A stretch of 20,000 bases of DNA from IMG/VR virus record IMGVR_UViG_3300042448_001291. One strand, written 5' to 3'. The notes beneath the pieces were generated by a model. The model was not told where the DNA came from. It did not search any database and saw only the letters and a list, made by a program, of their open reading frames with translations. Each line of letters opens with the position of its first letter. Position 1 is the stretch's first letter. This document shows, one piece after another, positions 1 to 8,176 of this stretch. The position numbers and the translations under genes were made by a program. The stretch comes from an uncultured virus (IMG/VR IMGVR_UViG_3300042448_001291) (taxonomy: Duplodnaviria; Heunggongvirae; Uroviricota; Caudoviricetes).

Positions 1-635
1 CAATGTGAGTGTAATAGCACAACCTGACCTTTTCGAAGATATCCCTCTACCTTACGAAAATCATGACCTTCTGGCATCACACATGGTTTACCTCTTTCAT
101 TACTCCAAAATGCTGGGTTTGTTTTAGTTCTTTCTTCATCCACCTCAATTGGTAATACTGGAAGACGATGCGAACCCTCATAATTCCAAACTGCACCATT
201 TTCAGGGTCATGATTATCTAACGCTAATGCGGTGTTAATAATCTCGTTATGACCACATTTGGTATAAAAGGCGTTCTGATGTTGGTCGCGACCTAATTGT
301 CCTGGCGGTTTAAAATAACACCAACTTTGCATTCCCTGGATTTCACCCTCCATTAAAAATTCAACCGCTTCTAGAATTTTTGGGTGAGCGAATAATTTTT
401 CTAATTTATCAGAAAGTTTATGTGGGTAAGCAAACGGATCCCATTCACACCATATTTTACCGTCTGGGGCTTCGGTCCCGGTTCTTTCGTTTCTTAACCT
501 ATCTAATTCATCGTTTATCTCATCACATTCTTCTTCAGTTAATAGTTCCAAGGTGGTAAACCCCCTATATCTCCAATCAAATGTTATTTGTTGAACCTCA
601 AGGTCACTAAGATGTTTAAAATTACTCATATACAT
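1..635 (-). CDS. Phytanoyl-CoA dioxygenase (PhyH) family Fe(II)/2-oxoglutarate oxygenase, 3' end runs off the window
   Basis: Hand-translated, absent from ORF track: MYMSNFKHLSDLEVQQITFDWRYRGFTTLELLTEEECDEI...LFAHPKILEAVEFLMEGEIQGMQSWCYFKPPGQLGRDQHQNAFY...INTALALDNHDPENGAVWNYEGSHRL...LRKGQVVLLHSH. FKPP, ALD..ENG...GSH and G.V.L.H match the PhyH pattern. Start at 635 or 629. Confidence 0.88.
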   Translation of the reverse strand, partial: MYMSNFKHLSDLEVQQITFDWRYRGFTTLELLTEEECDEINDELDRLRNERTGTEAPDGKIWCEWDPFAYPHKLSDKLEKLFAHPKILEAVEFLMEGEIQGMQSWCYFKPPGQLGRDQHQNAFYTKCGHNEIINTALALDNHDPENGAVWNYEGSHRLPVLPIEVDEERTKTNPAFWSNERGKPCVMPEGHDFRKVEGYLRKGQVVLLHSH

Positions 636-683
636 GTTTTAATACCCTAAATTAAATAAAAAAATACTTATTGTAAAGAAAAC

Positions 684-1049
684 ATGGGCATAATTCCGAT
701 TACTTGGTATATAGAAACACCTATAGATTTTGAACACAAGCAGTATATCCTATTGTCTTATCTGCAACATGTTGACGCTAGTTTTATTGAAAAACGACTA
801 TCACCGCATCTTTTACATATGGAGAATATGCTCAAAGAACTCAATATGTTTGATGAAAGGTTCTTAACTATACTAAAGGATTTCGATAAAAATAGATACA
901 AATTCTTCGAAAATCCAAAATTAGACGGAGAAGATAATGAGTTGGTTTATGAAATAAAAGATGTTGTTGATTTTTCAATTCCTCAGGTAAAAACCAGATT
1001 AGCGCTGGGATATAAGATACTAGAAAGACACTCCCAAATTTTGTTCTAA
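684..1049 (+). CDS. Hypothetical protein, 121 aa
   Basis: ATG after A-rich leader. The N-terminus W...IDFEHKQYILLSYLQ resembles, from memory, conserved Bacteroidota hypothetical proteins. Function unknown. Confidence 0.75.
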   Translation: MGIIPITWYIETPIDFEHKQYILLSYLQHVDASFIEKRLSPHLLHMENMLKELNMFDERFLTILKDFDKNRYKFFENPKLDGEDNELVYEIKDVVDFSIPQVKTRLALGYKILERHSQILF

Positions 1050-1091
1050 TAATTTTTCCGGCAATATATATGCCCTATTTGCCTTGCCCGA

Positions 1092-1098
1092 TATTTAT
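1092..1098 (+). promoter_or_regulatory. TATTTAT motif, putative phage promoter for the envelope cluster
   Basis: Lies in the intergenic gap before the 1188 operon. The same motif occurs at 8151 directly after a terminator. Short AT-rich motif, so weak evidence alone. Confidence 0.4.
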
Positions 1099-1101
1099 TT
1101 A

Positions 1102-1136
1102 TGGCAAGAAGATACTAAATGTGTCTCTACTTTTAA
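1102..1136 (+). repeat. Dispersed intergenic repeat, copy 1
   Basis: TGGCAAGAAGATACTAAATGTGTCTCTACTTTTAA aligns with 18406-18436 TGGCAAGAA---ACTAAATGTATCTCTAC-ATTAA. Confidence 0.65.
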
Positions 1137-1187
1137 CATGGTGGAGCATATGTTGAGTTAACCCTTCTTTATTTAAAACTTAATTTT

Positions 1188-1832
1188 ATGCAGAAAATCA
1201 AAACAATTTCAAGGAATCTAGGCGATTACATCGTTTATGCCTTTTTATCATTAGCAATACTATTCGTTGTATTTGCACTTATCGCTCAACTATTCTTTGT
1301 ATTTTTAGAGTTTAGCGGTAGAAGTGAAACTGCAGCACAAATAGCAAGAGAATTTACTTGGAAGTTTGATGGCACGTTTAAAAACGACCCTAACAACATA
1401 TTCTATAATGCCGACGAACATGTGTACGTTGAAAGTGTTGTTAATAATGTTAAAATAGGAAAATTAGCCGGAAATAGAAACTTAGAATTTGGGGTAAAAA
1501 ACATACTGGAGGAGTTCTTACAAGATAAGGGGTATGATTTGACGCCAAGTGCACAAAATAAATTAAAAGTAGAAATAGTGTATCTAGATGTTTTAACCAC
1601 AAAAAAGAATGTGTCGGTATTTCATAAAAACGAAGAAGAAGTGGTTATAAGAATGAAAGGTGTCTTATATAAAGATGGTAAAAAAGAAAAGGAGATTATT
1701 GTTGAAGAAGGTTCTTCAGAAATATCAATGTCTAGTTTAATTGTTGATGAAGGTGGTCAATTTAACCAAACATCATTAAGTAACGCAATAAAGAAAACTT
1801 GCGATAAATTGGTTCAAAAATTATTTAATTAA
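1188..1832 (+). CDS. Membrane-anchored protein with possible CsgG/LptE-like alpha-beta domain
   Basis: Long N-terminal hydrophobic helix, then VYVESVVNN..GNRNLEFGVKNILEEFLQDKGYDL, alternating beta strands and a final helix SLSNAIKKTCDKLVQKLF. Layout parallels the CsgG-like gene at 8177. Confidence 0.55.
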   Translation: MQKIKTISRNLGDYIVYAFLSLAILFVVFALIAQLFFVFLEFSGRSETAAQIAREFTWKFDGTFKNDPNNIFYNADEHVYVESVVNNVKIGKLAGNRNLEFGVKNILEEFLQDKGYDLTPSAQNKLKVEIVYLDVLTTKKNVSVFHKNEEEVVIRMKGVLYKDGKKEKEIIVEEGSSEISMSSLIVDEGGQFNQTSLSNAIKKTCDKLVQKLFN

Positions 1833-1834
1833 AA

Positions 1835-3487
1835 ATGAAAAAATTAATTTTATTTTTAGGGGTATTTTTAACATCTCTTTCGGCTTTTAGTCAGTTAACC
1901 ATTAGTCAATCGTTAACACCCACAACTGGTTTAAGGGTTGGAGATACTATTACTGTTCAGTATAATTTAACAAAGGGACAAGTGATAAAAAACCCTAGAT
2001 ACCTTTGGTTTAGATACCAATATAATAATAAGGCCTTGAACTACTTGTCAACTACATTTAACCAAGGGTCATCTTCTCAAACATTCTACACTGGATGGAG
2101 TAACTATAAGTTTACGCCAAATGGTGGCGCAAGTGATAATGATTTAAATGTTCAATATGGTTTATCTCCATGGAATTACACAGTCAACGCTGATTGGAAT
2201 GTTGGACAATTAACTGTTCAAAGAGCCGACGCTTCAATTAGCGGTCTAATTGCCACACAAAAATATATATTGAAAGACCAAAATACGTACAACAATATAT
2301 TCAAATTAGATTTAGCAACGGGTACTGACACAACCGGTGCTAATGTTGGGACAATCTATGGTGGTGGTTGGTCTTCTTTAAGTAACGTAGTAGGTAACAC
2401 ATCCCAATTTAAAGTAAAAGTTTTATATCCACAAGGATATGCTATTTCTGACCATAATGTTCAGTTAATGAAATTAAAAACAGACGGTAGTGGTACTATC
2501 GATTGGAATCAACAACCAATTGCAATATTACCATTAGATGCAACTGGAGAGGCGTTATTTACAACACAAGTTAAAGTTGGTGATAGTGTTGGTGTTTTTG
2601 TTTCGCCGGCTACACAAAAAAGTTGGATGAATAACATATTAACGGTATCAGACGCATACAAAGCGTTTTTAGGTCACTCGCAAACTAATATTGGAGGAAC
2701 ACCAAACTTTTTCACATATCCTAATTTAGAACAACAAATTGGTAATATATCTAAGAATGATGGTACTTTTAATGAGACGGATTCTTATTATTTATTTGCA
2801 CATGTAATGGGTCAAGACGTGTCGTCAGTTGCATTCATACCATCAAACACAGCAACAACATTTAGATGGAATAGCGGACTGTTGAATCAGAATTGGTTGG
2901 ATGGCGCACCGAAAAATAAAGTATTGATAGATACCCCAATTAAGGAGGTTTATGCCGTATATGCTTGGGGTGGTGATTTAAACTGGTCACACTCATCAGA
3001 CCCAGCGGTAATTGCAAGTAGAATAAGTGCTGGACAATATACAAACTCAATAAACTCTATTCAAACAAACTCAACTAAATCAACAAGTTCAATTTCAATG
3101 TCATATAAAACTGAAGCACTAGAAACTGCTAAATTGAGTGTGACATCAACATTAGAAGGTGGTAAGGTTATTCTATCAACCACATTAACTAAAGAAGGTT
3201 TGGCAGGTTTGGAAGTAATAATGAATTATGATACTACTAAATTATCTTTAGATAATGTAATATTTGACGCTGGGAGCACAATTACTAACTTCTCTACACA
3301 TGATAACGGTAGATTAACATTTGGATCAATGGACCAAATAAAGGTTGCTAGAATTAAAACTGGTGCACCTTATAAATTAATATTTACACCAAAAGTACCA
3401 TTAACAAATACTTCGGGTTTATTCTTCTTTGTGTTGGCAGATGCTGTTGATGCTGGGGGTAATAAAGTCAATTTAGTTGTTGAATAA
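1835..3487 (+). CDS. Secreted protein with cohesin-like domains and a degenerate dockerin-like region
   Basis: Sec signal (SAFS/Q). N-terminal beta-sandwich (RVGDTITVQY..FRYQYNNKALNY). Dockerin-like TVSDAYKAF...NISKNDGTFNETDSY and WGGDLNWSHS. Ser/Thr linker. C-terminal cohesin-like LAGLEVIMNYDTTKLSL...GRLTFG. Confidence 0.7.
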   Translation: MKKLILFLGVFLTSLSAFSQLTISQSLTPTTGLRVGDTITVQYNLTKGQVIKNPRYLWFRYQYNNKALNYLSTTFNQGSSSQTFYTGWSNYKFTPNGGASDNDLNVQYGLSPWNYTVNADWNVGQLTVQRADASISGLIATQKYILKDQNTYNNIFKLDLATGTDTTGANVGTIYGGGWSSLSNVVGNTSQFKVKVLYPQGYAISDHNVQLMKLKTDGSGTIDWNQQPIAILPLDATGEALFTTQVKVGDSVGVFVSPATQKSWMNNILTVSDAYKAFLGHSQTNIGGTPNFFTYPNLEQQIGNISKNDGTFNETDSYYLFAHVMGQDVSSVAFIPSNTATTFRWNSGLLNQNWLDGAPKNKVLIDTPIKEVYAVYAWGGDLNWSHSSDPAVIASRISAGQYTNSINSIQTNSTKSTSSISMSYKTEALETAKLSVTSTLEGGKVILSTTLTKEGLAGLEVIMNYDTTKLSLDNVIFDAGSTITNFSTHDNGRLTFGSMDQIKVARIKTGAPYKLIFTPKVPLTNTSGLFFFVLADAVDAGGNKVNLVVE

Positions 3488-6090
3488 TGAGAAATTTTTT
3501 ATTAATATTTTTACTGGTTTGCTCGTTCATAACGAACGGGCAAACTGTTTATTCACCTGACCCTAAATCATTCGTGGTGAGTACAACAGGGCAAGATGCT
3601 AGTGGATTTGAATTAACTGGATTTAGTACAACATCTACTTTACTTGCCTCAATCAGTTTAGTTAACCCTCCGGCCGGGACAACATTTTATTTATCAACAA
3701 CAACAGGTCTAACCGCAGCAAGTGGATTTACTTTAAGTGGTAATAAAACCAGGTTGGTTATAACAGGAACAATGGGTAGTATTAATGCGGCATTAGAATC
3801 ATTAAAAATAAACACCGGAGCAGTTAGAGGTGATGTTAATATTTCAGTAGCGGCAACCGTTAATCCAACGGGATATTTCTACAATGGTGTAAACGGACAC
3901 TTTTACAGGCCAATAGCAACAGGAAACACATATACAGGTGCAAGAGCGGCAGCATTAAACACAACATTTAAAGGACAGACGGGATATTTGGTAACAATAA
4001 CATCGGCTGATGAAGATGCTTTTGTTTTCAATAATGTTCCACAAACTAGCATTTGGTTCGCACTAACGGATGAAGTAGTTGAGGGACAGTGGAGAATCGA
4101 TGCTGGACCTGAAAAGGGGGTTTTAATTAAAACGTCAAACGGACAAACTGCAGGAAACATACAAGGACAATATAACAACTGGGCAGGTGGTGAACCAAAC
4201 AATTCTGGTAACGAAGATTATGCGGTAACTAAATGGGGTGGCGGGTCTCAATGGAATGATTTACCAAATAACTTTAGTTGTCCATATGTGATTGAATATG
4301 GGACTTGGACTAATCCTGATGATGCAACATTTACAGAGTTCTACACAAATAGTGTTACTCACTCAAATGGTGAAACTATTAAAACTTTATTTGGTTTTAA
4401 ATTTGGTAATGTAATAGATAAAACAAAATTTTCGGTTCAAATTTTCAAAAGAAATGATGAGTATTCTACTTGGGCAGCGTCTGATGGGTATAAACCATTA
4501 AGTGGTTTAGGTAAAGTATATCTTTCAAACCAAATAGATACAGCAAAAGTTTATTCCGCTGGTATTCCTTTAAGTGGTGTAACTAATATGACACAATTTA
4601 CTACCGCTGATATTGGTAAGATATATAAAATTACAATTACAGGTGGTGCTGGCGGGGGTTGGGGAACCGATATCTATACAGATGATTCTCACATTCCGGC
4701 TATGGCGGTGCATGCTGGAGTAATAGCAATCGGAGAAACAAAAGAAGTTTATATTAAAATAGTTGAAGGAAAAAATAGTTACCCTGGTTCTACACGTAAT
4801 GGAATAACAACTTCTGAGTGGGGCTCATGGGGGTTGAGTTATCAATTTGTATCGGCACCCATGTCTTATAAAGCGACAATATCCCCCGGAGGTGTAGAAT
4901 GGGCTTATACAAACCCAAACGCAACTTGGTTGAATGGTAATAGTAGATTATTGATTGATATGAGACAAGTTGGTAATTTGGACCCAACTAAAATAACAAA
5001 TGTAAAAATATTAGACGCATATGACGGACCTATCACATATACATCACATGACGCTAATGGTTGGGCCATATATACTGTTCCATCACCTTTAACAAAAATA
5101 ACTAACGGAACTTCCGCATATAATCAATATATTAGAAATGTGAACGGATGGAACACTGATTATGCATTCCAATGCGGTATTGGGTTTACTCAGCAGGGCG
5201 CCTTTAAACAACATAGAATGGAAATGCAAGAATATGACAGTACTCAGTTAAGATCCTTATATAACAGTGTTTTAACAGTTACAGATGTTTATTTAGCGTT
5301 TAAAGAAGTTGCTAACGGGGGTTTATTTGGTAACCAAACAGGTAACGAGTTTACTTATGGTATTCAATATAAAAATGCGGATGTTGATGATAATGGTGTT
5401 TTTAATGAAGCCGATTGTTTTAAATTATTACAACATTTAACTGGTAAGAAAAATTTAATTGAAAATTATACTTTAGATAATACAATAAGATTGATACCAG
5501 ATTCAGTATATAATTTAATTGGTAAATCAAACTGGGCGTCATTCCCAACATATTTAGGAAAAACATACCCATTTAGTTTACTAGATAATGTAATAAGTTA
5601 CAATTACGATTTGGCAGTTACTTGGAAAGGAGATGTTAATTTATCGCATTCACCAACCCCGCCTTCAAATGGAATCACTACTATGTCCACAATTTCGTCT
5701 AGAACAATGAGCATTAGTAATGAAATTAATGCGTCAATATTAACTGAAATGGTTGATGGTATAGTTTACGCCTACATCACATTAGACCCATTACAACAAA
5801 ATGTTGTAGGCACTCAATTCAAATTAGATTACGATAATTCTGTATTAAAATTTGAAAATGTGGACTTTAAAACAAAAGGTGATCCTATGAACTATGGTTC
5901 AAATAATGGCACATTCATAAATCTCGGATCTTTAATTACTGATGGAAGCACCGCCTTAGACAATACTACAACATATAAAATCACGTTTACGCCTATAAAA
6001 AAGATTGATAATGTGTTAGGTTTAATTTCAATTTCTAATACCGATGCTGTAAATAAAAATGGCACACAATTAACTATTAAAATCATATAA
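3487..6090 (+). CDS. Secreted multidomain adhesin-like protein: C-type lectin, LCCL, dockerin-like and cohesin-like domains
   Basis: Signal peptide. C-type lectin NGHFY..GYLVTITSADEDAFV..IWFALTDEVVEGQWR..YNNWAGGEPNN..WNDLP (~3880-4300). LCCL GWGTDIYTDDSHIPAMAVHAGVI..SYPGSTRNGITT (~4650-4845). Ca-binding NADVDDNGVFNEADC and WKGDVNLSHS. Cohesin-like VVGTQFKLDYDNSVLKF. Confidence 0.82.
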   Translation: MRNFLLIFLLVCSFITNGQTVYSPDPKSFVVSTTGQDASGFELTGFSTTSTLLASISLVNPPAGTTFYLSTTTGLTAASGFTLSGNKTRLVITGTMGSINAALESLKINTGAVRGDVNISVAATVNPTGYFYNGVNGHFYRPIATGNTYTGARAAALNTTFKGQTGYLVTITSADEDAFVFNNVPQTSIWFALTDEVVEGQWRIDAGPEKGVLIKTSNGQTAGNIQGQYNNWAGGEPNNSGNEDYAVTKWGGGSQWNDLPNNFSCPYVIEYGTWTNPDDATFTEFYTNSVTHSNGETIKTLFGFKFGNVIDKTKFSVQIFKRNDEYSTWAASDGYKPLSGLGKVYLSNQIDTAKVYSAGIPLSGVTNMTQFTTADIGKIYKITITGGAGGGWGTDIYTDDSHIPAMAVHAGVIAIGETKEVYIKIVEGKNSYPGSTRNGITTSEWGSWGLSYQFVSAPMSYKATISPGGVEWAYTNPNATWLNGNSRLLIDMRQVGNLDPTKITNVKILDAYDGPITYTSHDANGWAIYTVPSPLTKITNGTSAYNQYIRNVNGWNTDYAFQCGIGFTQQGAFKQHRMEMQEYDSTQLRSLYNSVLTVTDVYLAFKEVANGGLFGNQTGNEFTYGIQYKNADVDDNGVFNEADCFKLLQHLTGKKNLIENYTLDNTIRLIPDSVYNLIGKSNWASFPTYLGKTYPFSLLDNVISYNYDLAVTWKGDVNLSHSPTPPSNGITTMSTISSRTMSISNEINASILTEMVDGIVYAYITLDPLQQNVVGTQFKLDYDNSVLKFENVDFKTKGDPMNYGSNNGTFINLGSLITDGSTALDNTTTYKITFTPIKKIDNVLGLISISNTDAVNKNGTQLTIKII

Positions 6091-6434
6091 TGAAAAGAAT
6101 ATTACTTTTGGTGTTTTTATCTTTTATGTCTTGTAAAAAGACAACACTTCTTCCGCCAGAACCACAAAACATAGTTAATTTTTTTGATAATGAACAAAAC
6201 ACAATAAATGATGGTTCACAAATAACATTTGACTTAAAAAACGCCGGCACATATACCATGACAATATTAGATTCAAGTAGGAATCAGGTTGTAACTAGGG
6301 AAAAAATATCCGGCAAAATTGGGGCAAATGCCTTAAAAATATATACCAAATCCTTGAATTCAAAGTATTTATATTTATTACTAAAGGATAGTGTAGGTAA
6401 TCAAATAGGTAAAACACTATTAATTATAAAATAA
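6090..6434 (+). CDS. Lipoprotein with small Ig-like (T9SS-CTD/FlgD-like) domain
   Basis: Lipobox FMSC (Cys15). Domain ITFDLKNAGTYTMTILDSSRNQVV...G.N.LKIYTKSL..YLYLLL. TAATG overlap with the upstream gene. Confidence 0.65.
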   Translation: MKRILLLVFLSFMSCKKTTLLPPEPQNIVNFFDNEQNTINDGSQITFDLKNAGTYTMTILDSSRNQVVTREKISGKIGANALKIYTKSLNSKYLYLLLKDSVGNQIGKTLLIIK

Positions 6435-6440
6435 AAGAAA

Positions 6441-6815
6441 ATGAAAAAACTATTTTTATTATTATTTGGCACAATAGCCCTGTTTAGTTGTACTAAGCAC
6501 GATTTACCGTCTATACCACCGCCCGTTTCGGTTAATAATGAATTGGTGATAGCAAATTCAGTGGGCATTAAATTACAAACAGCATTTGTTACCTCTGAAG
6601 TTTCAATGAACGTTAAAACGGAAACATCTCAAAAAGTAACAATAAAGATATTTGACATCGGTAATAGAGTGGTGTCTAAAGAAACAGTAAACGTTAATTC
6701 TGGTGATAACATACTTAAGGTTTATACATCAGCATTACCATCTTCGGCATATAGAATCGCGTTGTTTGACTCCGCAGGAAATATGTTGGGGATCACAGAT
6801 TTTAATAAAATGTAA
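6441..6815 (+). CDS. Lipoprotein with T9SS C-terminal-domain-like Ig fold, paralog of 6090-6434
   Basis: Lipobox LFSC (Cys17). VTIKIFDIGNRVV...SGDNILKVYTSALPSSAYRIAL resembles the Por secretion tail pattern (I.IYD..G..V....G.N.....S.L..G.Y). Confidence 0.65.
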   Translation: MKKLFLLLFGTIALFSCTKHDLPSIPPPVSVNNELVIANSVGIKLQTAFVTSEVSMNVKTETSQKVTIKIFDIGNRVVSKETVNVNSGDNILKVYTSALPSSAYRIALFDSAGNMLGITDFNKM

Positions 6816-6834
6816 AAAATATAAAACAAAAACT

Positions 6835-7146
6835 ATGTCAGAAGAAGAACAAAACGACGGAACCTGGTCAGGTTTAAAAAAGACCATTGTTGGGGTAATT
6901 GGTACAGTAGTTACTGCTGGAGGTGTTTTTATAACAACTCTTTTTGGTGGAGGAGATAAAGAAGCGGCACCAGCGCCTGCGGCTCCAGTAATTAATATTA
7001 CGAATTCAAATGCTCAACAACAAGCAGCAGGAAAAACCGTAATCATCAACAAAGGTGGAAATGGTGGAACGGCACAACCAGCACCAGCACCAAAGGTTAA
7101 AAAGAAAGAAGGTGATGAATTTAAGGAAGAAGCACCAAAATGGTAA
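6835..7146 (+). CDS. Single-pass membrane protein with Pro/Ala-rich tail, 103 aa
   Basis: Start reassigned to ATG 6835 after A-rich leader (MSEEEQ...). TM TIVGVIGTVVTAGGVFITTLF, APAP repeats, ends KEEAPKW. Confidence 0.75.
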   Translation: MSEEEQNDGTWSGLKKTIVGVIGTVVTAGGVFITTLFGGGDKEAAPAPAAPVINITNSNAQQQAAGKTVIINKGGNGGTAQPAPAPKVKKKEGDEFKEEAPKW

Positions 7147-7149
7147 TAA

Positions 7150-7251
7150 ATGGATTGGTATAAATTTGGAGTAGTTTCATTTTTTATACTTTTCTTAGGG
7201 TGGGCAATGGCACACGCAACAAAACAAAGCGAGAAAAATGGCAGAAAATAA
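7150..7251 (+). CDS. Small single-TM protein, 33 aa (not in ORF track)
   Basis: MDWYKFGVVSFFILFLGWAMAHATKQSEKNGRK*. Fills the 7146-7238 gap, with a hydrophobic helix followed by a basic tail. Confidence 0.6.
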   Translation: MDWYKFGVVSFFILFLGWAMAHATKQSEKNGRK

Positions 7252-7828
7252 TCAACCGCCAAGTGGTTTTAAAGAATTGTTAAACTCAATGATGCAACGC
7301 AGATGGTTTATATCTGCAATGGTATTGGGTGGTTTTATGATAATAATTGCTGGTATGTTTACTGCGATCGGGTTAAAAACACCTATGGCGGCTGAATGGA
7401 AAGAATTGTTATTATTGTTATTAGGTGCGTTTATCGGTAGTTATGGTAAAATCATAGATTACTGGTTTAGCGATACCGATAAGGATAAGATGTTAGTTCA
7501 GAAGATGGACGAAGAAGATGGTGTTACTCTTTCACACACAAATGACATGAAAGAAACCAATAAAACACCAACACCAATTATCCCAGATGCGTTTGCTGCA
7601 GGTGCACAAGCGGCTAGGGAATTGGCTGTTACTGAAAATAAACAAAACTTTGAATTAGCAAAAGACGAACAGGAACATCGTCAAGAAATGGAAAAGTTAG
7701 AGTTTTTACATCATGAACACAGACAATGTGAGCACGTATGGGGGGATTCTGATAACGACGGCGAGGAAGAATGTCAAAAATGTGGAAAAATTAAGGACAC
7801 ACATCCTGATGATCACATTGAAGGATAA
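7238..7828 (+). CDS. Two-TM membrane protein (holin-like N-terminus) with C-terminal Cys/His metal-binding motif
   Basis: TM1 WFISAMVLGGFMIIIAGMFTAIGL, TM2 LLLLLLGAFIGSYGKIIDYWF, charged helix, then CEHVWGDSDNDGEEECQKCG. Confidence 0.7.
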   Translation: MAENNQPPSGFKELLNSMMQRRWFISAMVLGGFMIIIAGMFTAIGLKTPMAAEWKELLLLLLGAFIGSYGKIIDYWFSDTDKDKMLVQKMDEEDGVTLSHTNDMKETNKTPTPIIPDAFAAGAQAARELAVTENKQNFELAKDEQEHRQEMEKLEFLHHEHRQCEHVWGDSDNDGEEECQKCGKIKDTHPDDHIEG

Positions 7829-7858
7829 TAAACAATAAACTAAACTAAAACAAAAAAC

Positions 7859-8119
7859 ATGGGATTTATTAAAGATTTATTTAACGACAATAACACGATT
7901 AATGAAAAATCGGTAGTTGGGTTTCTATCATTTGTAATGATGGTTATCGCCCTATTTGTTGATCTTATCACTGGTTGGATGGGTAGACCACTAGTTATTA
8001 ATGAGTTCATTTTTGACGGGTTTCTAGTCATTACATTGGGTGCTTTTGGTATTGCATCGGTTGATAAGTGGATAAACAACAAAGGGAAGAAAAAAGAAGA
8101 AGAAACAACGGAAGGATAA
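7859..8119 (+). CDS. Small two-TM membrane protein, holin-like topology
   Basis: 86 aa, two hydrophobic helices, charged C-terminal tail KGKKKEEETTEG. Confidence 0.7.
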   Translation: MGFIKDLFNDNNTINEKSVVGFLSFVMMVIALFVDLITGWMGRPLVINEFIFDGFLVITLGAFGIASVDKWINNKGKKKEEETTEG

Positions 8120-8121
8120 GT

Positions 8122-8149
8122 AAAAGGGAGTTTTTAACTCCCTTTTTTT
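8122..8149 (+). terminator. Rho-independent terminator
   Basis: AAAAGGGAGTT-TTT-AACTCCCTTTT perfect inverted repeat running into a T tract, 2 nt after the stop at 8119. Confidence 0.88.
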
Positions 8150-8150
8150 A

Positions 8151-8158
8151 TATTTATA
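8151..8158 (+). promoter_or_regulatory. TATTTATA motif, putative promoter restarting transcription
   Basis: Sits between the terminator and ATG 8177; matches the motif at 1092. Confidence 0.45.
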
Positions 8159-8176
8159 TATTATCAATTGAAGTGT

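Noticed and set aside
3880..4300. C-type lectin domain as a diversity-generating retroelement target
   Set aside because: No reverse transcriptase or template/variable repeat pair is seen, and the domain is an internal canonical EPN/WND type.
6703..6834. N-terminal extension of the 6703-7146 ORF
   Set aside because: Overlaps the 6441-6815 lipoprotein gene; ATG 6835 after an A-rich leader is the more plausible start.
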